Source: Candidatus Poribacteria bacterium
GTDB lineage: Bacteria > Poribacteria > WGA-4E > WGA-3G
Assembly: GCA_963665235.2 (NCBI GenBank)
Contig: CAXXLX010000001.1
Coordinates: 2,144,001 to 2,208,000, forward strand
Reading direction: 5' to 3'
Length of the DNA: 64,000 bases
Below, piece after piece: positions 63,018 to 64,000 of this stretch. Position 1 is the stretch's first letter; each line of letters begins with the position of its first letter. The notes beneath the pieces were generated by a model that worked only from the letters and a program-made list of their open reading frames with translations, was not told the DNA's origin and did no database searches. The position numbers and the translations under genes were made by a program.

Positions 63018-63971
63018 CTATATGATGACTACTTTCTTGATAGCTCTGAGAAATGACAAGAACGATTCTCCAGGACACCAGGTGTTGGGGGCTTTAGGAT
63101 AAGTGGCAATAATATCAACATCACATTCTCCATCCAGGTCACCTTCAGTCGCTGCGCTTTTACCCTGGAGTTCAATACCCTTGTAATGCCGCAACCAGCT
63201 GTTGCCGACTTTACCACTTATCCCGTAACTTGTCTCCCTCAAGTCTTGCCACTCCTCTGCCTCACTTCGTTCGTAACTTGCACTTGCGTTGCCAGTTTCA
63301 TCGCTTACGGTTAGCGACAAGTTTTTCCGTTTCGTGTATTTGCGCAGTGTAATATCAAGATAAATGTTAGCATAATTTTTCATCTCTAATTTGTGTTCTT
63401 GTGCTGTCCACTCAGCACAAAAAACGTACTTACCCCAATAGGTATTAACAGGGTCATGATATACTAATTGGGGAATATTTAAATTTAGTTTCCCATTTCC
63501 TTGATAAGACGTTCTACCACCACTTGGCGTGGGATGCACGTTTATACCGTCTATACTTGGCGTTAGTGAAGCTTCGGCTGATCTTGTGCCAGCTGATGTT
63601 ACCGCTGTAAGCACAAGTTTGAAAACGCCCTGTCGCGCATTTGTAAGATTATCACCTTCCTTATGATGCTCCGAGGTGCCACCATTCAGAATCCCTGGTC
63701 TATAATACCACCCTTCTTGCTTTACATAGCGTGCACCGTTCGGGCCACATATCATTTTAGAGAAAGTCTTATAGCGAGGGTCGTCATCACCATCAACCGG
63801 CTCTTCCGGATCGGTTGGGTCCTTTCCTATATTGTCACCGTTACCATCTACGTAGAAAGCAGGTTGGTGCAGGCACCCAGTATGTCCAAAACCATCGCGT
63901 GGCGGTAACATATAAACAACAGACACTACAAAAGTCAATAAGATTGCAAATTGAACCAACTTGAATTTCAT
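63018..63971 (-). CDS. Secreted hypothetical protein, beta-rich and Cys-containing
   Basis: AAGGAG RBS; signal peptide; 317-aa ORF. Confidence 0.75.
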   Translation of the reverse strand: MKFKLVQFAILLTFVVSVVYMLPPRDGFGHTGCLHQPAFYVDGNGDNIGKDPTDPEEPVDGDDDPRYKTFSKMICGPNGARYVKQEGWYYRPGILNGGTSEHHKEGDNLTNARQGVFKLVLTAVTSAGTRSAEASLTPSIDGINVHPTPSGGRTSYQGNGKLNLNIPQLVYHDPVNTYWGKYVFCAEWTAQEHKLEMKNYANIYLDITLRKYTKRKNLSLTVSDETGNASASYERSEAEEWQDLRETSYGISGKVGNSWLRHYKGIELQGKSAATEGDLDGECDVDIIATYPKAPNTWCPGESFLSFLRAIKKVVII

Positions 63972-64000
63972 TTTTTATCTCCTTGTGCCACTCATCCGTG

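Overview
Bacterial chromosomal window with about 45 CDSs. The content points to Candidatus Poribacteria (inference): WD40 proteins starting 'LPEGA.(A/K/V)R(L/F)GKG', a dockerin plus FlgD-Ig 'NYPNPFNPETWIPY' tail, PorV-like, TPR/ASPIC-UnbV, three sulfatases and three PhyH dioxygenases. Housekeeping genes are dnaE and a SurA-like chaperone. Accessory features: (1) an AT-rich island at 14.4-17.8 kb with a HinP1I/MspI-like endonuclease paired, unusually, with a Dam-like adenine MTase, plus a Fic gene preceded by a 41-bp palindromic tandem repeat. (2) A three-level nest of miniature elements at 31.0-31.6 kb carrying a variable array of GTAG-type palindromes, with a second copy at 43.5 kb and an empty-site copy at 34.9 kb. 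(3) A co-oriented, apparently GATC-rich cassette at 57-64 kb: secreted protein, IS, membrane-anchored protein, GspC-like protein and an STT3/AglB-like oligosaccharyltransferase split at a T7 tract. Four ORFs are split by frameshifts, which could be real or assembly errors. No tRNA, rRNA or CRISPR array was recognised. All family assignments come from motifs recognised by eye; no searches were run.
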